Positions 17,883-30,000 of a DNA stretch of 64,000 nt are shown here, piece after piece (within the stretch, counting starts at the first letter, position 1; every line of letters begins with the position of its first letter). A model generated the notes under the pieces. That model was given only the letters and a program-made list of their open reading frames with translations, ran no database searches and was not told the DNA's origin. Made by a program: the position numbers and the translations under genes. Origin of the DNA: a virus. Lineage: Duplodnaviria > Caudoviricetes. Location of the stretch: the IMG/VR virus record IMGVR_UViG_3300025872_000041, positions 50,559 through 114,558 of that record. One strand, 5' to 3'.

Positions 17883-20800
17883 ATGAAAAAGAAAGTAAGG
17901 GTTAAGAGCTTACCTAAAGCTCAAACTGGTATGCAACCACCTATGGTTTTAACACCAGAGCAGAAAACCATATGGTTAAAAAATCAAGGTATGTTTGGTA
18001 CTCCAACTACTTTTGAAAATCCATTTGAATTAAGCAATCCTAGTTTTATTTATAATACTAAAAAACCTGCTACATCTGGTGAGTTTGTAAAATCTCCGGG
18101 TATGGGTCCTATTGGTGCAGATGATTATTATGCAAACTTAGCCCAACAGAATATTGCTGCTCCAGCAGGTACCAGATTTGATAAAGACTTTGGTTATGCT
18201 CCGGGTACTGCAATGCCTTCTGATTTTGTTAAAAAACCTAAAGAAAAAGGTAATCCTTATGTTGGTCCTATGCTATTAGCAGGAACGGATATATTCCGTG
18301 GTTTAGCAAATCAAATAGATAATAGATTTGCAAAGCGTGATTTAAGAGATCAATTTTTATCAGATAATTTAACATACGCAAGAGAGGAGAGTAACTCTGG
18401 TAATAGAGGTGACTATAACTTTAATGAATTTGGTTTTGGTCCTAGTTTTAGGCCAGATGATTATATAAAAGGTGATTACAATAAAATTGCCCAAATGGGT
18501 GGAGAAATGAAAAGAAAAGTAAAAATTACAAGTTTACCACAAGCTGGATATGGTGGTAGTCAGAATCAAAATGCAGTTAACCAGTTATATGGTAACTCAG
18601 CTTATATGGTTAATAAGTTTTCTGGAGCAGAACAAAAAGAACCAGAAGCTGATTATAATCAGACACTAGGTCCTGATCCTAGATCTATCTCTGTACTAGA
18701 AGCAGAGAAAGGAGAGACATTAATACGTAAAGGTACTAATACTGCAATTCCTGAATTCTTTAAGATTGGTGGTAAGCGTCACTCTCAAGGTGGTACACCT
18801 TTATCTGGAGAAAAAGCTACTCCAGATAGTTTTATTTATTCGGATACTAAATCTATGAAGATTAAAGATCCTGCTATCTTAGAATCTTTTGGTTTTGCTG
18901 CTAAGAAAGGTGGTTATACCCCAGCTAAAATTTCTAAGAAGTTTGATCTTAATAATAAAGAATTGCGTGAAGGTTTATATTCTGATAGTGATCCATTACG
19001 TAAAAAGACATCTGTTATGATGGCTGATAATTATATTTCTAACTTAGGTAAGTTAGCTCTTGTACAAGAATCACAGAAAGGATTTCCTCAAGGTGTTCCA
19101 CAGATTGCTATGCCGTACATGAATAAAGTAGGATTAGATCCTGCACAGTTCTTACCACCATCTCCTGAACAAGGTATGATGATGGCTATGTATGGTGGTA
19201 TTCCTAAAGCTCAAATTGGACAGAGTGTTGATCCAACCGGTATGTCTAATGTTCCTGTAAATAACTTACCTCAGTATGAAATTGATTTGTTAAAATTTAA
19301 ACAAAGAGCTCTTGATCAAAATCAACAATTACCATCTACTCAAGAATATATGAAGGCACGTGAACAATATAATCGTGCTAAGATGGAAAACTCTAGTATC
19401 TTTAATCCATTTAATTGGGATGATTATATTAACTATGGTCTTACCGGTCAGTTTGAAAATATGGGTGATTCTTATTCTAAATATAATGGTGAAGGTCCTA
19501 TGACTACTACTATTAGATATGGTACTGATCCTGTATTTATGGCAAGTGCAGCAGCTCCAGTTGGAAAGGTATTAGGTGCTGTTGGTAAAAGATTAGGAAC
19601 AATAGGAGCAGGATCACCAGCTATTGATTTTTTAAAAACTGCATCAGTTCCAGATATATTAGAAGCTAGTGGTATAGCATTAAAAGATATACCTAGTAAT
19701 TTAACTTCTATTGCTGATGTAACAATACCAATTATTCAAAAATTAGCAGCTCCTGGTGCTTTAGCATTTCTTATTTCATCAGCTAATAATAATGAACAAT
19801 TAACTAATGAACAACAAGTAGCTTTATTAAAAAGACTAGATACCGCAGCAGTAAATGAATTAATGGAATCTCCTGTTGCTTCTAAAATTTCTAGCGATAC
19901 TTTAATAGAAGCAAGTAAAGAAAATCCTAATATTGATGTTGCTAAAATACCAGAAGTAACTATTAAAGCTAAAACTAAAGGTGATACAACTAAATCTAGT
20001 ACAGGATATACTGCACCAGACGGATCTAAGGTTGTATTTGAATATGGTGGTGAATCATTATATCAAGCTGGTGGAGAAAAAGGAACATTTTTAGCAAAAC
20101 ATACTGATGCTTCAGGAAAAGAATATAGTTCTTATTTGAAAGGTGATAAAGTTGTATTAGTAGATAGTAATAATGAAGTAGTTAGTACTAGACCCGCTAC
20201 AGAAAAAGATAAACCAGCTATTCAAACTTACGATACAGAAGAAGAAAAACTTTTAAAGAGTATTGCTCCAAATGTTATTCTACCCAAAGATTATGTAGAA
20301 GGAAATCAACCAGGTAAAGTTGCAAAAATTCCTGGAACCTTTGGAAGATTTGATAAAGCTAGTGCAGATAAAAACTGGTCATGGTATAATAAACCTATAG
20401 ATTGGACAAATCAATCACAGGTTGGTGCAGCTCAATTAGCATATAATAGAGAGATGACCAACCGATTTATAAAAGCTGGTTATACTCCTGAAGAAGCTGC
20501 AAGGTATGTTAAAACAATTGGTTTTGATGAAACTAAAAAATCAGGTGTTCCAAATGCTTATGATGAAAAAGCTGGTAAATATGTTGAAACAAGAGTTGTA
20601 TTTGATGTTCCACAAAAACCAAAAAAACCAGATACTCCCAGAGATCCTCTTGATCCAGGTGAATTAATTCCTCCACCAATTCCAAGAAGACCTATTGGTT
20701 TTTATCCTCAAGATGTATTAAATACTGCAGCTGCTGTTGGTGATTTAGCAAGTATTAATAGATACTATCCTAGAATGGCACAATTTACTGCTGAACCTAT

Positions 20801-21443
20801 GGAGCCTACATTTTATGATCCTAATAGAGAGTTAGCTGCTAATGCTGAGATGGCTAATATTGCTGCAGCTAATTTAGCGCAGTTTACTGGACCACAAGCT
20901 TTCAATACAAGATTCTCTGAGGTACAAGGTAAAGGTTTAGCCAATGCTGCTAATATCTTAGGTAGATATAATAACTTAAACGTTGGTGTAGCTAATCAGT
21001 TTGAACAAGCTAACAAGCAATTAATCAATGAAGCTAACTTTAGAAATCAGTTAGCCGCTAATGACTTCTACGATAAGACAGTTACTACTAATCAGCAATA
21101 TGATAATGCTAGAAGAGCTGGTAGAAGAGAGGCTGTAGATTATGTAAATGCTGCATTAGAAAATAGATTTATTACAGATCAAATGAATAGTCTATATCCT
21201 AATTTCTTTGTTGATCCAGCAGCTCTTAAAACTTATTATACTCCAGGTAGAAAAATTACAGCTTCACAAAAGGCTAAAGATTTAAAACAGTATTTTCTTG
21301 ATATGGGTATTGATACTACTAATCCTACAGTTCAAGCTGCTATGGTTAGAGGTATTATGGGTGATGTAGATGTAGATGAGCGTGGTAATATCTTAGCAGC
21401 ACAATCTGCAATGTCTAACAGAAGAAAAACTAAGGGCTCTTAA
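17883..21443 (+). CDS. virion cargo/ejection protein
   Basis: 1186 aa. 'EAEKGE...GKRHSQGGTP...FIYSD' motif, Asn/Ala/Gln-rich helical C-terminus, xxxGG motifs, and position upstream of the giant cargo genes. Confidence 0.6.
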   Translation: MKKKVRVKSLPKAQTGMQPPMVLTPEQKTIWLKNQGMFGTPTTFENPFELSNPSFIYNTKKPATSGEFVKSPGMGPIGADDYYANLAQQNIAAPAGTRFDKDFGYAPGTAMPSDFVKKPKEKGNPYVGPMLLAGTDIFRGLANQIDNRFAKRDLRDQFLSDNLTYAREESNSGNRGDYNFNEFGFGPSFRPDDYIKGDYNKIAQMGGEMKRKVKITSLPQAGYGGSQNQNAVNQLYGNSAYMVNKFSGAEQKEPEADYNQTLGPDPRSISVLEAEKGETLIRKGTNTAIPEFFKIGGKRHSQGGTPLSGEKATPDSFIYSDTKSMKIKDPAILESFGFAAKKGGYTPAKISKKFDLNNKELREGLYSDSDPLRKKTSVMMADNYISNLGKLALVQESQKGFPQGVPQIAMPYMNKVGLDPAQFLPPSPEQGMMMAMYGGIPKAQIGQSVDPTGMSNVPVNNLPQYEIDLLKFKQRALDQNQQLPSTQEYMKAREQYNRAKMENSSIFNPFNWDDYINYGLTGQFENMGDSYSKYNGEGPMTTTIRYGTDPVFMASAAAPVGKVLGAVGKRLGTIGAGSPAIDFLKTASVPDILEASGIALKDIPSNLTSIADVTIPIIQKLAAPGALAFLISSANNNEQLTNEQQVALLKRLDTAAVNELMESPVASKISSDTLIEASKENPNIDVAKIPEVTIKAKTKGDTTKSSTGYTAPDGSKVVFEYGGESLYQAGGEKGTFLAKHTDASGKEYSSYLKGDKVVLVDSNNEVVSTRPATEKDKPAIQTYDTEEEKLLKSIAPNVILPKDYVEGNQPGKVAKIPGTFGRFDKASADKNWSWYNKPIDWTNQSQVGAAQLAYNREMTNRFIKAGYTPEEAARYVKTIGFDETKKSGVPNAYDEKAGKYVETRVVFDVPQKPKKPDTPRDPLDPGELIPPPIPRRPIGFYPQDVLNTAAAVGDLASINRYYPRMAQFTAEPMEPTFYDPNRELAANAEMANIAAANLAQFTGPQAFNTRFSEVQGKGLANAANILGRYNNLNVGVANQFEQANKQLINEANFRNQLAANDFYDKTVTTNQQYDNARRAGRREAVDYVNAALENRFITDQMNSLYPNFFVDPAALKTYYTPGRKITASQKAKDLKQYFLDMGIDTTNPTVQAAMVRGIMGDVDVDERGNILAAQSAMSNRRKTKGS

Positions 21444-21469
21444 ATCTTAGAGGTTTAATAGTTTAACTT

Positions 21470-21493
21470 TATATTTGTTATATTTATAATATA
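21470..21493 (+). promoter_or_regulatory. adjacent TAnnTTTG element and late-type promoter motif
   Basis: TATATTTG at 21470-21477 and TATATTTATAATATA at 21479-21493, in the 54-nt gap before the ATG at 21498. Confidence 0.4.
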
Positions 21494-21497
21494 GATA

Positions 21498-24059
21498 ATG
21501 GCTAGTTACATTCAAGGTCTTACCGATTATATACCAAAGGCTGAACCTTACAAACCTAATTTTGATTTTCTTAATACGGTTTTAGCAACAAGACAGGCTA
21601 GGTATGATAGCGCACTTAATCAATTAAGTGGCGCTTATGGTAGTATTGTATATGCTGATCTTACAAGAGATGATAATAGAGAAGCAAGAGATAATTTCTT
21701 GAAGAACTCTGAAAAAGCTATTCAGCAAATTACATCTTTAGATCTCTCTGATCCTGCTAATGTACAATTAGCTCAGCAAGTATTCCAACCTTTTGTAGAT
21801 GATAAAAAGATGCAGTATGACATCATGTTTACTAAAGGTATTAAACAAGGCCAACAACAAGCTGAAATATTTAAAAACTCTCTTGATCCAGAAATTAGTT
21901 CTAAATATTGGGATGCTGGGATTAGAGGTTTGCAGTATAGACAATTAGAATTTAAAAGTGCATCTCAAGATAAAGCCTATAAAATGGCCATGCCTAAGTA
22001 TGTTCCTTATGTAAATATCATGAATAAAGCCAGAGAACTGGTTGGTGATGATTTTAAAAACATTAAGATAGAACAAACTATAGGTGGATATGATGTTACT
22101 ACTACCGGTGGTGAAGCTGCTAAACCAGTTATTGCTCAATATCTTAGTATGGCATTAGCTGATGATCCTTCTGTAAAAGCATATGCAAATGAGTTAGCAT
22201 ATGTAAATTCTATGAGTGCCATTACACAGTTAGCTGAACAAAAATTCAATGGTGATATAGATCAAGCTGCTGCAGAATATTATGTTACAAATGCTGATAC
22301 ATTTCTTAAGAATGATAGAAATAGATTAGAGGATCTTGAAGATGGTTATTCACAATATCAAGCTAAAGTAGATATATATGAGTCTAGATTAAATCGTGGT
22401 GGTAGATTGACTCCAAAAGAACAACAAGAGTATCAAGCAACTGTTGCAAAAAGAGATGGTTTTGAAAAAGCTAAAACTAATCTTTCTGATAGAATATCTC
22501 AAATTGTTACTGCTATTAATGATGAGGATATAGATTTGTTATCTAGAGCTATTAGATCTTCTGATGCTAGTTCTTATATTTCTAATGAAATTGGTAAAGC
22601 AACTGAAGTAGAAGCCTATAGAAATTACCAGATAGAAAAAGAAGCTAATGCTTATTCAAAGATTAATTATGAAAAAGCTTTAGATTTTTCTTATTGGACT
22701 AAGAAAGAAAAGATTCAACAAGACTTTCAGCGTGAGATGAAGATGCTAGAGACTGGTGGCTTTGATGATTTTACTACTGGTGCTGTTAAAACTGAAGCTA
22801 GTACAGAAGATGCGTTTGTTTCAGATAGAGCTGAGTTTAATAATAGCTGGAAAGGATTTGGTAACAGTGTATATGAATTAACTAATTCTATTTCTAGTAT
22901 TAATGATGCTAAGTTAAATAGTGCAGTAGGTAATGTTTTAAAAAGCGCTGGTGTTAACATGGCTACTTTAAAACAGGGTAATGTATCATTAACCTCTCTT
23001 AATAAAATCTTTAATGGTATTCAAGATATGATTAAAGCTGATCCTTCTTTAGCCAAGAATTTAGCACCCGCTTTAATTACAGCTAATGATAAGCGTCAAT
23101 TGGCTTATAGTAATATTAGTGCATTAAATACTAATAACAGAGTTATTGCTGCTAATATGAAAGCTTCTGGAAATTACATTCCAACATTTGTTGATTATGT
23201 ATTTGCTAAAGATGGTTCTTTAAGAGATGCTAAATCAGCTTACGCAACAGCTCTTGCTACTAATCCTAATATTGATGCTGATGACTTTATGGATGACTAT
23301 GAAGATTTTATAGAAGATTATCAAGAAAAATATATTGATCTCTCTAAAAATCAAGCTGGTTATAAAGTTGTAGGTACGGCTGGTCCTGGTAGTTATATTA
23401 GTAATAATATTCAAGGTATTGCTGACTTTACTAAACCGTCTTCTAAATTAACTTTAGGATTAAGATCTGCATTAAGTGATGTTTTAAACTCTGATTCTAG
23501 AATTGCAATTGGTACACCTGCTGATGTAGCTTCTGCTAGTGATCGTGTATTTAATAATATTGAAGACAATCAAGTACTTAGAGGTTATCTAAATACATTA
23601 GTATCTGATGCTAGAGCTAATAAGCAGAGTGTTAGTTATTCTTATCAGTCACGTGCTTTAGGTAATCAAGGTTATCAATCTTTAACAGTTAGACCTGGTG
23701 CATCAGATCCTACATTAAAAGCTCTTAAAGAGGCTGGTAGTATTAGTGATGCTGACTATAATAGAATTATTAGTACTGGTGTAACTGCAATTATTTCCGC
23801 AGCTCAAGCAACTAACCTTATTTCTTCTAGATTACAGAAGGATGAGAGACAAGTGATTTTAGATAATGTTGGTACATATAGATATATTAATCCTAACGGA
23901 AATATAGATATGACCTTTACAAAGAATCCAAATGGCAGTATTACTGCTACAGGTACTATGTATGATAGTAGAAAAGGAATGACTGATATATTTACTCAGA
24001 ATAATCTGAATAACATTAGCTTCAGCAATCTCCTTAATAGTTTTGATGCAATTAGATAA
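21498..24059 (+). CDS. virion cargo protein
   Basis: 853 aa, largely helical/coiled-coil. N-terminal 'YKPNFDFL..VL..RQARYD'; directly upstream of the RNAP gene. Confidence 0.55.
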   Translation: MASYIQGLTDYIPKAEPYKPNFDFLNTVLATRQARYDSALNQLSGAYGSIVYADLTRDDNREARDNFLKNSEKAIQQITSLDLSDPANVQLAQQVFQPFVDDKKMQYDIMFTKGIKQGQQQAEIFKNSLDPEISSKYWDAGIRGLQYRQLEFKSASQDKAYKMAMPKYVPYVNIMNKARELVGDDFKNIKIEQTIGGYDVTTTGGEAAKPVIAQYLSMALADDPSVKAYANELAYVNSMSAITQLAEQKFNGDIDQAAAEYYVTNADTFLKNDRNRLEDLEDGYSQYQAKVDIYESRLNRGGRLTPKEQQEYQATVAKRDGFEKAKTNLSDRISQIVTAINDEDIDLLSRAIRSSDASSYISNEIGKATEVEAYRNYQIEKEANAYSKINYEKALDFSYWTKKEKIQQDFQREMKMLETGGFDDFTTGAVKTEASTEDAFVSDRAEFNNSWKGFGNSVYELTNSISSINDAKLNSAVGNVLKSAGVNMATLKQGNVSLTSLNKIFNGIQDMIKADPSLAKNLAPALITANDKRQLAYSNISALNTNNRVIAANMKASGNYIPTFVDYVFAKDGSLRDAKSAYATALATNPNIDADDFMDDYEDFIEDYQEKYIDLSKNQAGYKVVGTAGPGSYISNNIQGIADFTKPSSKLTLGLRSALSDVLNSDSRIAIGTPADVASASDRVFNNIEDNQVLRGYLNTLVSDARANKQSVSYSYQSRALGNQGYQSLTVRPGASDPTLKALKEAGSISDADYNRIISTGVTAIISAAQATNLISSRLQKDERQVILDNVGTYRYINPNGNIDMTFTKNPNGSITATGTMYDSRKGMTDIFTQNNLNNISFSNLLNSFDAIR

Positions 24060-24078
24060 TAAATTAAATTTGTTCTAA

Positions 24079-27000
24079 ATGGAAGAATTTGACAATGCAA
24101 TTCCACCACTAGGTGTTGAACCCGGTTTGCCTTCTAACTTTGAAGGATCAGATGCTTTTCAAGCAAGTATTGCGCCAACTAATGAGCCGTTAATATCTGT
24201 AACTGATACCTATGCTGTTCCTGGAGTTCCAGTACCTTCAGCATTTGGTAGCGTTGCTGTAGATTATGATCCTAGTAATCCTTTTGATGTTGCTAAACAA
24301 GCATTGACAAAACCTATTACTGAATCTGATGTTGCATTTGAGACTTCAAAAGAAAAATATTTTCAGCCTGGGTATCAGCAAACAAACTTTGATAGATACT
24401 ATAATGATAGTGATAACTTCTATAAGCTAGGATTTAATCCATTAGCTAATAACGAAGCATTATATAATCAGAATAGAAGTTGGTATCAAGATTTATTTAG
24501 AGCAGCTGGTGGTATTCCTTCATTAGGATTATCTGTTGTTCAATCAGGATATAGAAGTCTTGCCGATATGGCAACTGGTGATTTCTCTATGACTGATGAA
24601 ACTGGTGCTAGAGAGTTCTCCCAGATTATGGCAGAACGCGGCAGCACTAGAGGTGGTGTATCTGGTTTTGCTTCTAATTTAGTTTTACAATCAGGATTTG
24701 TTGCAGGTATTGCAGCAGATTACTTAGCTACTGAAGCATTACTTGCTGGTGCTGTAGGTTTATCTGAAGGTATGGCTCTTCCTGCAGCTCTTGCTGCTAG
24801 TGCTTCTAAAACAGCTGGTACTATTAGATCCATTTCTGCATTGTTTGATGCTAATACTGCTAGACAAGCTTACAATACAATTAAAGCTATGGATGTGGCT
24901 GCTATTGGTAGAGGTGCATTAAATGTAGCTGAAGCAACTGCTAAGAATATTGTTCCTAATACATTTAAGAATGTTAAGAGTTTCATTACTGCAGAAAGCC
25001 CTGTATTAGGATTAGCTAATTCAGTAAGAGGTGTTGCTGACTTTGTAAGAGATATGAAGCAGATTAGCTATGCTACTGCTGAAGCTTCTATGGAAGGCGG
25101 AGGAGTTAAAAATGATTTTATTGATAAACATATTAATCAATACATTACTGAGAATGGAGTATATCCAGATCAAGATGTATTAAATAAGATTTATGAGAAG
25201 GCATCAGATGCTGGTTTTACAACTGGTATGATAAATGCACCCCTTATTCTTCTTACAAACAATATCACTTTTGATAACTTGTACAAAGGTCGTAAAAGCA
25301 CATTAGGTAAAACAGCTTCAGGTATTGTAGAGGAAAGTAAATTAACTGGAAAAACTTTAAGATTCTCAGAAAGAACCGGACAGTTTGAGACTATGGGTAT
25401 AAGACAATCTTTTGCTGAAAGCATAAGAGGTCTTAAAACTCCAAAAACGTACATGCAGTTTGCTGGTGGTTATTTCTCTAAAAACTTATCTGAAGGTCTT
25501 CAGGAAATTTCTCAAGAGATTATTTCTGGAGCATCTACAGATTACTATGAAAGATTATATGATACTCCAGAAGCTGGAGGTGTAGTAGCTTACTTAGCAG
25601 ATGCTTATGATAATCTTAAAGATCAAGCATCAGCACAAGGTATTGAAGTATTTGCTTCAGGATTTTTAATGGGAGGTCTTACCGGTATTTCTACTGCTGT
25701 AGCTAACAGAGCTTATGGTAGTAGTAAAAATATTATTGGTAAGATAGCACAAGCTAAGAACCCAGAAGAGTATAGAAAAGCTGTAGAAGAAGAGAGCGCT
25801 AGATTTAATAAGATTGCTGATGAATTAAATGATGCCATTAATAATGGTAATAAAGTTCTTGCTCTTGATATAGATAATTTATTATTACAAATCAGAGGAG
25901 GTACTGATATGGTTAATGCTAGAAAATCATTTGATGAAAAAGCATTCCATGATATTAAAGACATAACTCGTTTTAATAGTATCTATACAGCTCTTCAAAC
26001 TGACAAATATGATTTCTTAATTAAGAAATTACAGGACATGCAGCAAATGACCGGTGCAGAATTAAAAGAGGCATTTAGTTTAGCTGATGATGTTACAGAT
26101 GATGAGGCCAAAAAAGTATTAGATATTACTATTGATAGAGCTGGTCAAATTAAAGATCAGTATGAGCAGTTCTCTGCATTTAAGAATCCTTTTAATCCTA
26201 ATACTTATAGATCTGCTAATACTCCAGAATCCATTATTGGATTTATTAATGAGTTACAAAGTTATAAAGGATTTGAAGAGGCCCGCAAAACTGCAGTATT
26301 TAGTTTACATGGTTTAGAACAAGCTAAGACACGTATGGCTGATTTAACTAAACAGATGTCATCTATTGGTGGTGTTGCTGATTTAGGTTACTCTGATGTT
26401 ACAGCTACCTTAAGTATTGCAGGTATTGATAATGAAATAAACTTATTAACTGCAGAGATTGAATCTAGTAAAGATATAACTGATCCGGGTCTTATTGAGA
26501 TTAATGATAATAAAAAGAAGAAGTTAAAAGCTTTAGAATCTTTAAAAACTAATCTTGCCCGTGTTGAAAATATTAATGATCCTGTAGAAGTAAGAAAGAC
26601 TTCTTATTTAAAGAAAGCTTTTAATGACTACATGAAGGTTCTTTTAGATGAGAAAGGTACTGAACTCAGTCCTGCAGATCTAAATGAAGCATATAGAATC
26701 TTTACTGATTATTATGCACTCAATTATGATAAGACAAACTTTAATAAAGTCTTGGCTGACTTATATGATCCTAATAACTTTATTAAGCTTGCTGAAAGAG
26801 AGCGTACTTTAGTTGTTGCAAGAGATAAAAGAAGAGCTGAGTTCTTTAAGAAAGCATTTAAAAAATATGCTGAGACATCTAAGATTGGTATATTTTTAAA
26901 AGCTTTAGCTACTGGTGGATTTGTTATTGATCTTAAGTATCTTAAAGCTTTAGATACTAATACATTTGATGAGCTTAAAGAACTTATTTTAAATGATCCG

Positions 27001-30000
27001 GATATTAAGTTTAGAGATCTAAATAGTAATAAGTTATTTGGTAAAGAAGATCCAAGATTTCAAAATATTAAATCTTTTGTATCTGACTTTGAAGTAAAAA
27101 CAAAAGCTGAAGTAAAACAAACACCATCTGATACTAGTAAACCCAAAGAGGCATCTCAATTTTCTACAGATACTACAGAAGAGGAAGAAGAACTTGGTTC
27201 AGAAGATATCACAGATGTAAGTGAATTTACACAAACTATTGTACGTAGAGCATATGATGATTACTTAAAGGCTTTAAAAGAAGCAGACATACCTGTATCA
27301 TTTGAAGAGTTTGCAACAAGTAAAAAAGCTGTTAGTATTATTAATGCTCTAACAGAGTTAGAAGCAGCTTATGATGCTATTACGGAAACTAAACCTGAGT
27401 TTACTGAATGGTTAAGAGTAAATGCAAGAACCCCTGTAGTATTTGATGTACTAGATAAAAATGGTGTAACTTTCTCAGATATCTTTATTCAACAAAGAGA
27501 TGAGAATCAATATATTACTACAGCATTAGAAGAAGGTGAAAGTATTGTATCTTCTGGATATAATGGGGTTTTTATAACTAAACTTGTAGGATCTATTGAA
27601 GGCGGAGAAGGTGTAGATATTTATTTTGTAAAGTTAAACGATGGCACTATGGCCATTGATGCTACTAATAAGCCTGATGAACTAATTGATTTTGAAATAG
27701 ATATTTATACAAGTTTAGAGAAAGCTCAAAAAGCTCAAAAAGCAATTGGTGATTATTTAGCTAATAATAAAAAACAATTTGTATTTGACAATACTCCATT
27801 AGTTAATGGTCAGATTATATCTGATAATAAAAATAATGAATATGTAGTTTTATCTTATCCTTCAGAAATTGCTGCTGGCTCTAATCTTAAACTTAAAAAC
27901 TTAAAGACCGGAGCTATTCTAACTACTAAATCTTTTACAGGATTTAAATTAGAGAGAGTACCTGTTGAAAAGAAAGAATATGCTTCAAGATTTGATTCTA
28001 CTAGTGTATTAGATAGAGCTTGGGGTAAAAGAATGGAGAATGAATCTCAGAAAGATGCAACAGCACGTCTAAGTAATTTATTAAGAGATACTCCTATTGA
28101 AGAATTACTTAGTGGTCTTAGTATTAGATTTACTAATCTTAATAAATCTCCTGAGAGATATGATTATCTTAGGTTACCAGATCAGAAAGAAAATCAATCG
28201 TTTGGTTTATTTACTGATTCTTATGCAATTGCATTAGTATTTAATGGTGAAGAGATTGGTTATTTACCTAATCCTACATCTTTCCAATTCTTAGATGTAA
28301 ATGGTAATCCTATCTCTTATGATAGAATAAATGCTGATAGAGTTAAGCAAGCTTTCTATTTAAAGAATGGTAGATACAATCAAGCAGTTGCTGATATAAA
28401 AGCTAGTTATAAGAATAAAATTGCTTTATTAAATTATTTAAAATCTAAACTTGGCAAAAATACATCTGTAGAAATTCCTTATTCAGATCTTAAGAAGGTT
28501 GCAAATATCAATATTGGTTTAGGATCTTATGAGTTCTTATCTCGTGATGAAGAAAGACCTAAGTTTTCTGGATTAACTTATAATACTATTAATGGTGGTA
28601 TCTATGTAATTGATAGAAAAAATAAATATAAGAATGGTTCTATTGTAACAGTAGAAGGTTCTCCTATTACAGATATTGATCCTGATTTATTAGAGTCAAC
28701 CATTAAAGAAGTTGATGCTGCTAGGTATAAAAACGGTTATGATACTTTACTTAACTATGGTAGATATGTAGCTGTTGTCAAACTACCTAATGGTAAAGTT
28801 AGATTTGTTGAGTTAACTACACCAGAACTTTCTTCTGAAGAGTTAAATACTTTAGCTGCTAGCATTAAAGAAAGAATTGAGTTAACTAAGAAAGAGAATA
28901 TAGATGACGAGGGTAAACCATTAGCTCAGGAATATAATGATGTATGGAATGAAGATAATATTGGTAGTAAACTATTTATTTCTTTACCATTAAAAGATAG
29001 AGGTAAGTTTCTAGATATTTATGTTAGTCCTAACGGATCTTTAGTTTTAGACTTTGTAAATAAAAATTCTAGAGCTGATAAAATAACTCGTAAGAAAATT
29101 ATTAATGACCCTCAGTTTAATACATTCTCTGAATTACTTACTTTACTAAATACTGCTATTAAAGAACATGATGCTGATGTAAAGTTACCAGCTAATAAAA
29201 TGGATATTGTCCTTACTGGTAGATCATTTAAAGCAACTTTACCAATGAACATTGATACATTACAGGTTCTAGATATGGAAGCTAGTGTAGGTGTTAATGT
29301 GGTTAAAGATGTATCTGTATATGTAGATATGCTTGAGCCAGCTTCTGATGTTCAAGCACAACCGTTATTACCAAAAACTCCAGATGATGTATTAGATATA
29401 GATACTTCTAATATTGATTTTAGTTCTGCTCCTCCTGATGCAAATATAAATCCAGAGTTATTAAGAGGTGTTGCACCTGTTCAAGTAAGTTCTGGAGATG
29501 CTCTAAGTAAAGTATTAGCTGCTCAAAAATCCATTCCTCAGCAGATTAAGCAGTTACAAGCTGAAGCTGATACTAAAACTGATGAAGTAAAAAAAGTATT
29601 ATTAGCTCAAAGAGTTGCTGAGAAAGGTGAATTAACTACTGCTGATAAAAAAGAGATTAGGACAAAAGCTGAAAACTCTCCAGAAGTATTAGCTATTAAA
29701 GCTCAAATTAAAATCTTAACTGATTCTCTAGCATTAAAAGCAGTAAATACTGGTTACACTGAATCTGATGTAACTAATTTAACTGAGTTCTTAACCTGGG
29801 TACAAAATAATCTTCCGGACTTTGTGACTGTAGAAGATTTAAATACTCTTAAGAATAACTTATATAAAGATGGTAAGACTGTGGGTGCATTTGTATCTTC
29901 ATTGTCTAACATAGCTGGTAATGTAGAAGTAAATGGTACTATATATACATCCGCTAGTTCTCCATTTAAATATCATGAAGCTTTTCACGCAGTATTCCGT

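Noticed and set aside
24065-24072. TAAATTTG as a host promoter for the vRNAP gene
   Set aside because: It fits TAnnTTTG but lies in a 19-nt AT-rich gap 6 nt from the ATG, inside an apparent operon; too weak to call.
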